This document shows, piece after piece, positions 1 through 7,410 of a DNA stretch of 47,496 nt; the stretch's first letter is position 1; the number at the start of each line of letters is the position of its first letter. The stretch is from Burkholderiaceae bacterium (GTDB taxonomy: Bacteria; Pseudomonadota; Gammaproteobacteria; Burkholderiales; Burkholderiaceae_F): assembly GCA_029883565.1 (NCBI GenBank), contig JAOUJD010000001.1:1-47496 (forward strand). Reading direction: 5' to 3'. The position numbers and the translations under genes were made by a program. The notes under the pieces were generated by a model. That model saw nothing but the letters and a program-made list of their open reading frames with translations. It was not told where the DNA came from and did not search any database.

Positions 1-1
1 C

Positions 2-292
2 GGCCTGCTGGAAATCGGCTCGGCCGTCGACATGAAGGCAACACAAGGCTTCTCCAGGTCGGGACCGACCATCGCGGTCCTGCTGGCGGCGCTGCTGTCT
101 TTCTACCTGCTCGCGCTCGCAATGAAGGCGTTGCCGGCCGGTACCGCCTACGCCGTATGGGTGGGAATCGGTGCGGTCGGCGCAGCGATCCTTGGCATCA
201 CCGTGCTCGGGGAGCCGGCGTCGCTGCCGCGGGTCCCCAGCATCCTGCTGATCGTGGCCGGAGTGACCGGCCTGCGACTGTTCCAGGGATGA
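2..292 (+). CDS. sugE: SMR-family small multidrug/guanidinium exporter (SugE/Gdx-like), 5-prime truncated by the window edge
   Basis: The frame is open from base 2 (GLLEIGSAVDMKATQGFSRS...). It closely resembles E. coli SugE ([21 protein letters not shown]...LPVGTAYAVWTGIGAVGAA...GE). About 97 codons are visible of an expected ~105. Confidence 0.85.
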   Translation, partial: GLLEIGSAVDMKATQGFSRSGPTIAVLLAALLSFYLLALAMKALPAGTAYAVWVGIGAVGAAILGITVLGEPASLPRVPSILLIVAGVTGLRLFQG

Positions 293-358
293 ACCGCGCT
301 GCACATTGATATGCTGCGCACCAATCGAACCCCGGGGCACTGCCGTAACCCGTCGCGC

Positions 359-1825
359 ATGAAAGCCCTGCGCCCGCTCGCTGCCCTGGCCGTCGCCGCG
401 CTCCTCGCCGCGTGCCGGCCGGGAGGCGATGGCGCCGCCGCCCGCCTCGAACCTTGCCGCATTCCGGGCGTCGAACGTGAAGTGCGATGTGGAACAGTCA
501 CCGTCGCCGAGGATCCGGACCGGCCGACGGGGCCCGCAATCGACATTCGCTTCGCGGTCGTTCCGGCGGTTGCGCGCAACCAGCAGGCCGATCCAGTCTT
601 CGTGCTCGCCGGCGGTCCCGGGCAGGCTGCGACGCGCACCGCCCGGCAGATGCTGCCGGTCCTGAGCGAGGTCAATTCGCGGCGCGACATCGTCTTCGTG
701 GACCAGCGCGGCACCGGCGGATCACATCCGCTCGAGTGCGAGGTCGAGGAGACATCGCTGGCCGCGACCTTCGAGCAGACGCAGCAGCTCGACCACCTGC
801 GCGCCTGCCTGAAGGGATTGAAAGGCGACCTGCGCCAGTACGCGACGTGGATCGCGGTGCGTGACTACGACGCCGTGCGCGCGCGGCTCGGCGCCGAGCG
901 GATCAATCTATGGGGCGGCTCGTACGGAACGCGCGCTGCGCTCGAATACATGCGGCAGTACCCGGAGCGCGTGCGCAGCGCGGTGCTCGACGGAGTTGCG
1001 CCCGCGGACATGGTCCTGCCGGTGTCCTTCGCGATCGATGCCGACGCGGCGCTCGCGGCCCTCGCGGAGGTCTGCGCGCGCGACGATCGCTGCGCGCGCC
1101 GCTACCCCGACATGGCAAGCCGCGTGGAAGAACTGCTGGCGCAGGCGGACCGCGGCCTCGAGGTGCAGGTGCCGCACCCGCTGACCGGCGCGCCCGAGCC
1201 CGTGCGGCTGAACCGGCAGGTCCTTTCCTCGCTGCTGCGGGTGCCGCTTTACGCCCCGCAGCTCTCCGCGGTGCTGCCCTACGCGCTCGCAAGGGCGGCA
1301 CGCGGCGACTACACGGCACTGGTCGCCCTGAATTCGGCGGTAGCCAGCGGCGTGAACGAGAACTTTGCGGCTGGAATGCACTTCGCGGTGATCTGCGCGG
1401 AAGACGTGCCGCGCGTGGACGCGGAGCAGCGCGCGCGGGTGGCCGCCACCCGCTTCGGCGGCGCGTTCCTCGATGTCTACGAGCAGGCGTGCCGCGAGGT
1501 CCCGGTCCGTCCGGTTCCATCGTCGTTCTACGGGATCCCGGCCAGCAGGGCGCCGGTCCTGGTGCTGTCAGGAGGCCTCGATCCGGCGACACCGCCACGC
1601 CACGGCGAACGCGTGACCGAACGGCTGGGCAACGCGCGACACATCGTGTCGCCCTTCCTGGGGCACATCGTCAGTACGCAGGGCTGCGCGCCGACGCAGA
1701 TCGCGCGCTTCTTCCGCGACGCGTCCTTCGAGCGGATCGACGAAGCCTGCCTGACGCGACTGCCGCCGGCGACGTTCTTCGAACCCATCGTCGCGGCCCG
1801 GCCGGCGGGCAAGGATGCCCGATGA
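359..1825 (+). CDS. Alpha/beta hydrolase lipoprotein, S33 (tripeptidyl aminopeptidase / TAP-like) family
   Basis: There is a lipoprotein signal MKALRPLAALAVAALLAAC, with lipobox LLAAC and its Cys codon at 413-415. The nucleophile elbow is GGSYGT. The C-terminal TAP-like segment reads PVLVLSGGLDPATPP...GH. I prefer the ATG at 359 over the ORF-track start at 311 because it gives a canonical signal peptide. Confidence 0.75.
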   Translation: MKALRPLAALAVAALLAACRPGGDGAAARLEPCRIPGVEREVRCGTVTVAEDPDRPTGPAIDIRFAVVPAVARNQQADPVFVLAGGPGQAATRTARQMLPVLSEVNSRRDIVFVDQRGTGGSHPLECEVEETSLAATFEQTQQLDHLRACLKGLKGDLRQYATWIAVRDYDAVRARLGAERINLWGGSYGTRAALEYMRQYPERVRSAVLDGVAPADMVLPVSFAIDADAALAALAEVCARDDRCARRYPDMASRVEELLAQADRGLEVQVPHPLTGAPEPVRLNRQVLSSLLRVPLYAPQLSAVLPYALARAARGDYTALVALNSAVASGVNENFAAGMHFAVICAEDVPRVDAEQRARVAATRFGGAFLDVYEQACREVPVRPVPSSFYGIPASRAPVLVLSGGLDPATPPRHGERVTERLGNARHIVSPFLGHIVSTQGCAPTQIARFFRDASFERIDEACLTRLPPATFFEPIVAARPAGKDAR

Positions 1826-2574
1826 TCGAGGTCCAGCACCTGTCGAAGCGGTTCGAAGCGCGGGTCGAGGGCAGGCGGGCGCAGGTGGTCGCGATCGACG
1901 ACATCAGCTTCGTCGCCCACGACGGCCGCGTCACGGCGCTGCTCGGCCCCAATGGCGCCGGCAAGACGACCACGATGCGCGTCGTGGCCGGACTGGTGCA
2001 TGCCGACCGCGGCACGGCGCGCGTGGGCGGCGTCGACGTCGCCACCGACCCGCACGCGGTGCGGGCCCAGCTCGGCATGCTGTCGGATGCGCGCGGGCTG
2101 TACGGCCGGCTGACCGCGCGCGAGAACGTCCGCTATTACGCGGATCTGCGCCGCGTGCCGGGCGACGAGTGCGAGCAGCGCCTTGCCATGCTCTCGGACC
2201 TGCTCGACATGAAGGGCCTGCTGGACCGCCGGATCGAGGGCTTTTCAACCGGCGAGCGCATGAAGGTCGCGCTCGCGCGCGCCCTGATCCACGACCCGCA
2301 GCACCTGATCCTCGATGAACCCACCAACGGGCTGGACGTCGTGTCGACCCGAGCGCTGCGCCGCCTCCTGCTGCACCTGCGCGGCGCCGGCAAGTGCATC
2401 GTGGTCTCGACTCACATCATGCAGGAGGTGGAACAGCTGGCCGACGAGATCGTGATCGTCGCGCACGGCCGCACGATCGCGCGCGGAACCGCCGCCGCGA
2501 TCTGCGGCGAAGCCGGCACGGCGACGCTGGAAGACGCGTTCGTCGCGCTGGCCTACGCGGAGCCTGCGCGATGA
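1822..2574 (+). CDS. ABC transporter ATP-binding protein (ABC-2 / NatA-like)
   Basis: Walker A is GPNGAGKTT, the signature-like motif is FSTGERMKV, and Walker B is LILDEPTNGLD. The start ATG at 1822 overlaps the upstream stop (ATGA). The rest of long ORF 910-2574 is out-of-frame read-through of the hydrolase gene. Confidence 0.9.
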   Translation: MIEVQHLSKRFEARVEGRRAQVVAIDDISFVAHDGRVTALLGPNGAGKTTTMRVVAGLVHADRGTARVGGVDVATDPHAVRAQLGMLSDARGLYGRLTARENVRYYADLRRVPGDECEQRLAMLSDLLDMKGLLDRRIEGFSTGERMKVALARALIHDPQHLILDEPTNGLDVVSTRALRRLLLHLRGAGKCIVVSTHIMQEVEQLADEIVIVAHGRTIARGTAAAICGEAGTATLEDAFVALAYAEPAR

Positions 2575-3743
2575 CGACCGCCTGGGTCGTGTTCCGCAAG
2601 GAGCTGAAGGACGCGCTGCGCGATCGCCGCACCTGGATGATCGTTCTCGTCAGCTCGATCCTCGCCGGACCGATCGCGCTGCTGCTCCTGTCGACGTTCA
2701 TCGCGAGCGTCGAGGAGAACGTCGCTCGGCGCGAGGTCTACATGGTCGGGGCCGGTGCCGCTCCGACCCTTGTCAACTTCATCCAGCGCGCGGGCGGCAC
2801 CGTGAAGGAGGCCCCGGCCGGTTTCCGCGAGCAGGTCGCTTCCGGCGAATTGCAGAACGCCGTCGTCATCGTGCCAGCGGACTTCGAGGCCCGCCTCGCC
2901 CGCGGCGAGTCGATCCGTCTGGATGTCGTATTCGACGACACCTCGACTCGCAGCCAGGGCCCGTCACGCGCCACGCTGACGCTGCTGCGCGCGTTCAGCC
3001 GGGAACTCGGCAGCCAGCGGCTGATGGCGCGGGGAGTCAGCCTCCAGGTGCTGGCGCCCGTGGAGGTCGAGGAGATCAACCTGGCTGCCAGCAAGTCGCG
3101 CGGGGCCCAGCTGCTGTTCCTGGTGCCATGGCTCGCCCTGCTCGGCGCGGTGGTCGGCGCCATCAGTGTCGCCATCGACGTGACCGCCGGCGAACGGGAG
3201 CGGGGCTCCCTCGAACCCCTGTTGATGAACCCGGTGTCCACGCCCGCCATCGTGCTCGGCAAGTGGGCCGTGGTGGCGAGCTGTTCGGCCGCCGTCGTGG
3301 TCCTGACGCTGCTCGGGTTCCGCACGGCAATGATGTTCATCCGGAACGAGAGCCTGTCCGCGCTGATGCAGTTCGGCGCGGCCGAGTCCGGGCTGTTCCT
3401 CGCCATGCTGCTGCCGTTCGCGGCCATGGTCGCCGCCGTCAACATGTTCGCCGCCACCTACGGCCGCAGCCACAAGGAAGCGCAGACCTACGCGAGCTAC
3501 CTGACGATGCTGGTCAACTTCGCCCCCGTGATCCCGCTGTTCCTGTCGGTGCGCGACGCAACATGGCAGTTGTTCGTGCCGGCCATGGCGCAGCAGGGCG
3601 TCATGATGCGGGCGCTGCGTGGCGAGGCCATCGGAGCGGTCGATATCCTGCTGCCTGGCGTCATCGCGCTGGCGATCACCGCTCTCGCCCTGGGCGCGCA
3701 GGCACGCTTGCTGCAGCACGAACGCATCGTGTTCTCACGCTAG
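2571..3743 (+). CDS. ABC-2 type transporter permease (NatB-like) with a large extracytoplasmic loop after TM1
   Basis: The ATG at 2571 overlaps the ATPase stop (ATGA). There is an N-terminal TM (WMIVLVSSILAGPIALLLL), a soluble loop of about 190 aa, then about 5 further hydrophobic helices. This is typical NatB / ABC2_membrane topology. Confidence 0.8.
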   Translation: MTTAWVVFRKELKDALRDRRTWMIVLVSSILAGPIALLLLSTFIASVEENVARREVYMVGAGAAPTLVNFIQRAGGTVKEAPAGFREQVASGELQNAVVIVPADFEARLARGESIRLDVVFDDTSTRSQGPSRATLTLLRAFSRELGSQRLMARGVSLQVLAPVEVEEINLAASKSRGAQLLFLVPWLALLGAVVGAISVAIDVTAGERERGSLEPLLMNPVSTPAIVLGKWAVVASCSAAVVVLTLLGFRTAMMFIRNESLSALMQFGAAESGLFLAMLLPFAAMVAAVNMFAATYGRSHKEAQTYASYLTMLVNFAPVIPLFLSVRDATWQLFVPAMAQQGVMMRALRGEAIGAVDILLPGVIALAITALALGAQARLLQHERIVFSR

Positions 3744-3819
3744 ACGACGGCATTGGCGGGGGTTTCGCGGCTTTTCCCGAGATGGGCGCGCACAGGTCCG
3801 GTGCGATAATCGGCGATCC

Positions 3820-5232
3820 ATGTCCGAACCGCTGACCGCCACCGTTCCGCAGGCTGCGTCCGACGAGCCGGTGCCGCCGAAATCGATCGGCCGCTTCACG
3901 ATCCTCAACGAGATCGGACGCGGTTCGTACGGTGTCGTCTACGCGGCGCATGACCCGGTGCTGGGCCGGGAAGTGGCGATCAAGGTCATCCCGCTGTCGC
4001 GCGAGGAACAGTTCCGAACGCAGATGGAGGCGAGCTTCCTGCGCGAGGCAAAGTCGGCCGGCGGGATGAGCCATCCGAGCATCGTCACGATCTACGACGC
4101 CGGCAAGACCGAGTCGCTGGCCTACATCGCGATGGAACGACTGCACGGCCAGGACCTGCACGAGTACCTGGCGAGCGGCAACCGGATGAGCCCGCGGCAG
4201 GCAGCCGCGATGATGATGCGGGTGGCCGACGCCATCCACTACGCCAACAAGCGCGGCCTGGTTCATCGCGACATCAAGCCGAGCAACATCTTCCTGTCGC
4301 GCGACCTCAAGCCCAAGCTCCTCGACTTCGGCACGGCGCTCGCCCCGGTGGCGGACGCGCCGAAGAACGGCTCGAGGCAGCTGGTCGGCACCCCGAACTA
4401 CATGTCGCCCGAGCAGGCCAAGGGCGAGTCGCTCGACGCGCGCAGCGACATCTTCTCGCTCGGGTCCATCCTCTACGAACTGCTGGCCGGGCGACGCGCC
4501 TTCGACGGTCGCACGATCGACGAGACGCTCGACCAGGTGCTGACGGCTGCGCCCAAGCCGGTCGAGAAGATCCGGCCCGACACGCCCCCTCCCCTGGCCC
4601 AGGTCGTGCGAAAGGCGATGTCGCGCGACCCGGCCGAGCGCTACCAGAAGGCCTCCGAACTGCGCAACGCCCTCGCCGAGTTCGTCGACGGATCCCGGCC
4701 GTCGTCGGTCGACGCATCGGTCCCGGCTCCGCCCGAGGGTGCGGTCGCTCCTGCCGCGCAATCACGACGGACGATGTCGGTGCTGATCGGCCTCCTGACG
4801 CTGGTCGGTGCGGCTGGCATCGGAGTCGCGCTGCTGAATCGGGAGCCGCCGGCCCCGCCGCCGCAGCAGGTCGTCGTTCCAACGCCTGTCATTCCGCCGA
4901 TGACTCCGCCGCCTCCCGCGACCCAGCCAACCGGGCCCATGACGGCCGGCGCCGAGACGGCGAAGGCGGAAAGCAAGGCGGCCCAGCGCAAGCGCGCGGA
5001 AGTGGCGGTCGCAGCGCCGCCACCCACCGATGGCACCATCGTCATCGCGGTGGCGCCGTGGGGCGAAGTGGTCGTCGACGGCGCCGTGCAGGGCGTCTCG
5101 CCACCGCTGACGCAGCTCAAGCTGCCGGCGGGGATGCATTCGATCGAGATCCGCAACGGATCATCGCCACCGTTTTCCGCCCGCGTCGAGTTGCGGGCCG
5201 GCGAGAAGCTGCAGATCCAGCATCGGTTCTAG
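3820..5232 (+). CDS. Transmembrane Hanks-type Ser/Thr protein kinase with a C-terminal (periplasmic) PEGA domain
   Basis: All canonical kinase motifs are present: G-loop GRGSYGVVY, VAIK, HRDIKPSN (HRD at 4264-4272), DFG (4324-4332), GTPNYMSPE and DIFSLG. A single TM (MSVLIGLLTLVGAAGIGVALL, about 4774-4836) is followed by a Pro-rich linker. The PEGA-like domain is IAVAPWGEVVVDG...LPAGMHSIEIRN (5029-5229). Confidence 0.9.
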   Translation: MSEPLTATVPQAASDEPVPPKSIGRFTILNEIGRGSYGVVYAAHDPVLGREVAIKVIPLSREEQFRTQMEASFLREAKSAGGMSHPSIVTIYDAGKTESLAYIAMERLHGQDLHEYLASGNRMSPRQAAAMMMRVADAIHYANKRGLVHRDIKPSNIFLSRDLKPKLLDFGTALAPVADAPKNGSRQLVGTPNYMSPEQAKGESLDARSDIFSLGSILYELLAGRRAFDGRTIDETLDQVLTAAPKPVEKIRPDTPPPLAQVVRKAMSRDPAERYQKASELRNALAEFVDGSRPSSVDASVPAPPEGAVAPAAQSRRTMSVLIGLLTLVGAAGIGVALLNREPPAPPPQQVVVPTPVIPPMTPPPPATQPTGPMTAGAETAKAESKAAQRKRAEVAVAAPPPTDGTIVIAVAPWGEVVVDGAVQGVSPPLTQLKLPAGMHSIEIRNGSSPPFSARVELRAGEKLQIQHRF

Positions 5233-5427
5233 TGCGCCGCCCCTGCCGGGCAGCCGCTGCCGGACTCGGGGAAGCGTCCGCGTGTTGACGGACGGCAAGG
5301 ACAACGACGACCGATGCGGCGGATTGCCGCCCTTTTCCGCGCTTCGGGCCGTTGTGACCCCCCGCCGCATCGTCTAGCCTCCTCGAATCGGGAGTCCGCC
5401 GGCATCGCTCGTCGAGCCGTCGTCGTC

Positions 5428-6906
5428 ATGGCAGAAGCGCTGACGCACAACCTCAAGCTGATCGGCCGCTATTCCATCCTGCGCGAGCTGCGACGGGACC
5501 GGTACACGGTCGCCTACCTGGCGTTCGACCCGGTACTGAACCGCGAACTCATCCTGAAGGCGGTCCAGTTGCGACCGCCACCGGGGCAGGAAGCGACGGG
5601 CCACGACCGCATCGATCAGGCGTTCATGCGCCAGGCCCAGGCCGCAGGACGCCTGCACCACCCCCATATCGTCACGGTGTTCGACGCCGGGCGCGTGCAC
5701 AACATCGGTTACCTGGCGCTGGAAAGGGTCGACGGCAAACTGCTCGACGAGGCGATGGCGGAGGGCTTCCGTCCCGGTTTCCTGCAGGCGGCCGACATCG
5801 CAGCACGCATCGCGGATGCCATCGAATACGCGCACGCGCGCGGCGTGCCGCACGGTCACCTCGGCGCTTCCCGCATCTACCTGCAGGGGCCCGAGCGGTC
5901 GCCCAAGGTGATGGGTTTCGGCGGCTGGATCGACAGCGGAGCCACCGGCGACTTCGAACTTGCCGCGACCGAGGTCCTGCTGCCGTTTTTCGAAAGCGAA
6001 CTCAGCCCCGAGGCGCGGCGCAAGGACGTGCGAGCGCTCGGCGCCCTGCTGTTCCTGCTGCTGACCGGCACCCGCCCGGACCTGAAGGCACTGCGCGATC
6101 GGCGCGGCGGCGAAAGCGCCATCATCGACATGCGGCCCGCGGCTCCGCTCGCGCTTGCCGAAATCGCGGAAAGCGCGCTGGAGCTGCGCAACCTGCGCCC
6201 GTTCGGTACCGCTGCGCAGATGCGCAATGCCCTCACCACCTACCTGTGGGGCAGCCGCGAGGCACACGGGCTGCCGAACGCGGCAACGATCACGGGCGCA
6301 CCCGCGCGCCTCGAGATTGCACCGGCCGCGGCAACGCTCGCAGTGCCCACCATGGAAGCCGCCGCGCCGCCAGCGCGGGTGCGCGGTGGCCGCCGGACCA
6401 GCCGGTTCCTGGGCGTCGGCGCGCTGGGCGCAGCGGTTCTTGCGATGCTCGCGATTGCGAGTACGGCGCTGACTGGAGGCGGCGAGCGCGAGCGCGTCAC
6501 CGATCGGGCGGCGGCCGGTTCCGCGGTTGCGTCGGACCCGATGCCCGCGCCCGCGGCCACGGCCACGGCTGCACCCCCTGCGCGGGCAAGCACGCCGGCG
6601 CCATCGGCACAACCCGCCCAGAGAACGTCCGCGCAGACAACCCGGTTCGGGGTCTCGTCCGAGCGCCCCGTTCGGACGGCCGCCGCAGCCCCGGGCAGCG
6701 AGGGCGTCGTCGAGCTCGCGGTGGCGCCGTGGGGCGAGGTGTTCGTCAACGGCGCAGCGCGTGGCACGACCCCGCCACTGCAGCACCTGACGCTGCCCGC
6801 CGGCCGCCACACCATAGAACTGCGCAACGGCGATCGGCAACCGTACATTGCCCAGGTCGTGGTTGCCCCGGACCGGCCGCAGCAGATCACCTACCGTTTC
6901 CAGTAG
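5428..6906 (+). CDS. Predicted pseudokinase: Ser/Thr-kinase-fold paralogue with degenerate catalytic motifs, one TM and a C-terminal PEGA domain
   Basis: The overall architecture matches the upstream kinase, but the catalytic motifs are degenerate. The G-loop is LRRDRYTVAY (no Gly). HRD is replaced by HGH (5851-5859, context PHGHLGASRIYL). DFG is replaced by GFG (5914-5922). No APE motif is present. The beta3 Lys context is retained (ELILK). The TM is FLGVGALGAAVLAMLAIA. The PEGA domain is LAVAPWGEVFVNG...LPAGRHTIELRN (6703-6903). Confidence 0.8.
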   Translation: MAEALTHNLKLIGRYSILRELRRDRYTVAYLAFDPVLNRELILKAVQLRPPPGQEATGHDRIDQAFMRQAQAAGRLHHPHIVTVFDAGRVHNIGYLALERVDGKLLDEAMAEGFRPGFLQAADIAARIADAIEYAHARGVPHGHLGASRIYLQGPERSPKVMGFGGWIDSGATGDFELAATEVLLPFFESELSPEARRKDVRALGALLFLLLTGTRPDLKALRDRRGGESAIIDMRPAAPLALAEIAESALELRNLRPFGTAAQMRNALTTYLWGSREAHGLPNAATITGAPARLEIAPAAATLAVPTMEAAAPPARVRGGRRTSRFLGVGALGAAVLAMLAIASTALTGGGERERVTDRAAAGSAVASDPMPAPAATATAAPPARASTPAPSAQPAQRTSAQTTRFGVSSERPVRTAAAAPGSEGVVELAVAPWGEVFVNGAARGTTPPLQHLTLPAGRHTIELRNGDRQPYIAQVVVAPDRPQQITYRFQ

Positions 6907-6915
6907 GCTCGCGCC

Positions 6916-7362
6916 ATGATGCGGATTCGACGCCACTCCGCCACAGCCAGCGCCGCGCTGCTCGCACTGCTCGCCGGCTGCGCGACCCCGCCCCCGCCGC
7001 CACCCGCGCCACCGACCGTGAGCATCGCGCGCCTGTACGAGCAGCCGGCCGAGCGCGCGTTCCTGAACGCTCTCAGGTTCTACGAGGAAGGCCAGTACGA
7101 GCGCGCCGAAACGCTGTTCCGGCGGGCGCTCGCCGACGGCCTGAAGGACGCGCACGACGCCGCGACCGCGAACAAGCACCTCGCCTTCATCGCGTGTGCC
7201 TACGGTCGCCTGGCGGAATGCGAAACCGACTTCCACTCGGCCTTCGCCGCCGACCCGGATTTCGCGTTGACGCAGGCCGAGGTCGGGCACCCCGTCTGGG
7301 GTCCGGTCTACAAGCGGGTCGCCGCCGAGTGGGGGGCGGGAAAGACGCCCGCGAAGAAGTAG
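6916..7362 (+). CDS. Small lipoprotein with a TPR-like helical region
   Basis: The signal and lipobox are MMRIRRHSATASAALLALLAGC, with the Cys codon at 6979-6981, followed by a poly-Pro linker. A helical repeat-like segment reads AFLNALRFYEEGQYERAETLFRRAL. The C-terminal motif is GHPVWGPVY. The gene starts 9 bp after the pseudokinase stop. Confidence 0.7.
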   Translation: MMRIRRHSATASAALLALLAGCATPPPPPPAPPTVSIARLYEQPAERAFLNALRFYEEGQYERAETLFRRALADGLKDAHDAATANKHLAFIACAYGRLAECETDFHSAFAADPDFALTQAEVGHPVWGPVYKRVAAEWGAGKTPAKK

Positions 7363-7410
7363 CGCCAGCGCACGCGCGGCCGCGATTTCAGCGCGCGCAC
7401 GCGATGCGCC

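Noticed and set aside
910-1821. The N-terminal 304 codons of ORF 910-2574, which would make a 554-aa ABC protein
   Set aside because: That part is an alternative frame over the hydrolase gene and is Arg/Gly/Ala-rich nonsense. The ABC ATPase begins at MIEVQHLSKRF (1822), with an ATGA overlap. The same reasoning trims the ORF-track starts at 2394, 3619, 5314, 8655, 26068, 40595, 40397, 41950 and 46752.
4840-4930. Repetitive CCG/GCC-rich tracts, also at about 6540-6620 and 6985-7020, considered as tandem repeats or CRISPR-like arrays
   Set aside because: They are in-frame Pro/Ala-rich linker coding sequence of the kinases and the lipoprotein. There is no repeat-spacer periodicity.
5374-7290. 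A 638-aa minus-strand ORF spanning the pseudokinase and lipoprotein genes. Similar long shadow ORFs include 21195-23360(-), 26787-29195(-), 12772-14496(-), 11484-14267(+) and 15626-18301(+).
   Set aside because: They are Arg/Gly/Pro-rich with no motifs. Each overlaps a gene with clear family signatures in another frame or on the other strand.
7363-7410. The convergent spacer between the lipoprotein and the AAA+ ATPase, which contains a duplicated GCGCACGCG and a CGCGGCCGCG palindrome, considered as a bidirectional terminator
   Set aside because: The duplicated motif is a direct repeat, not an inverted one. The palindrome gives only a very short stem with no loop and no T/A tracts, so the evidence is insufficient.
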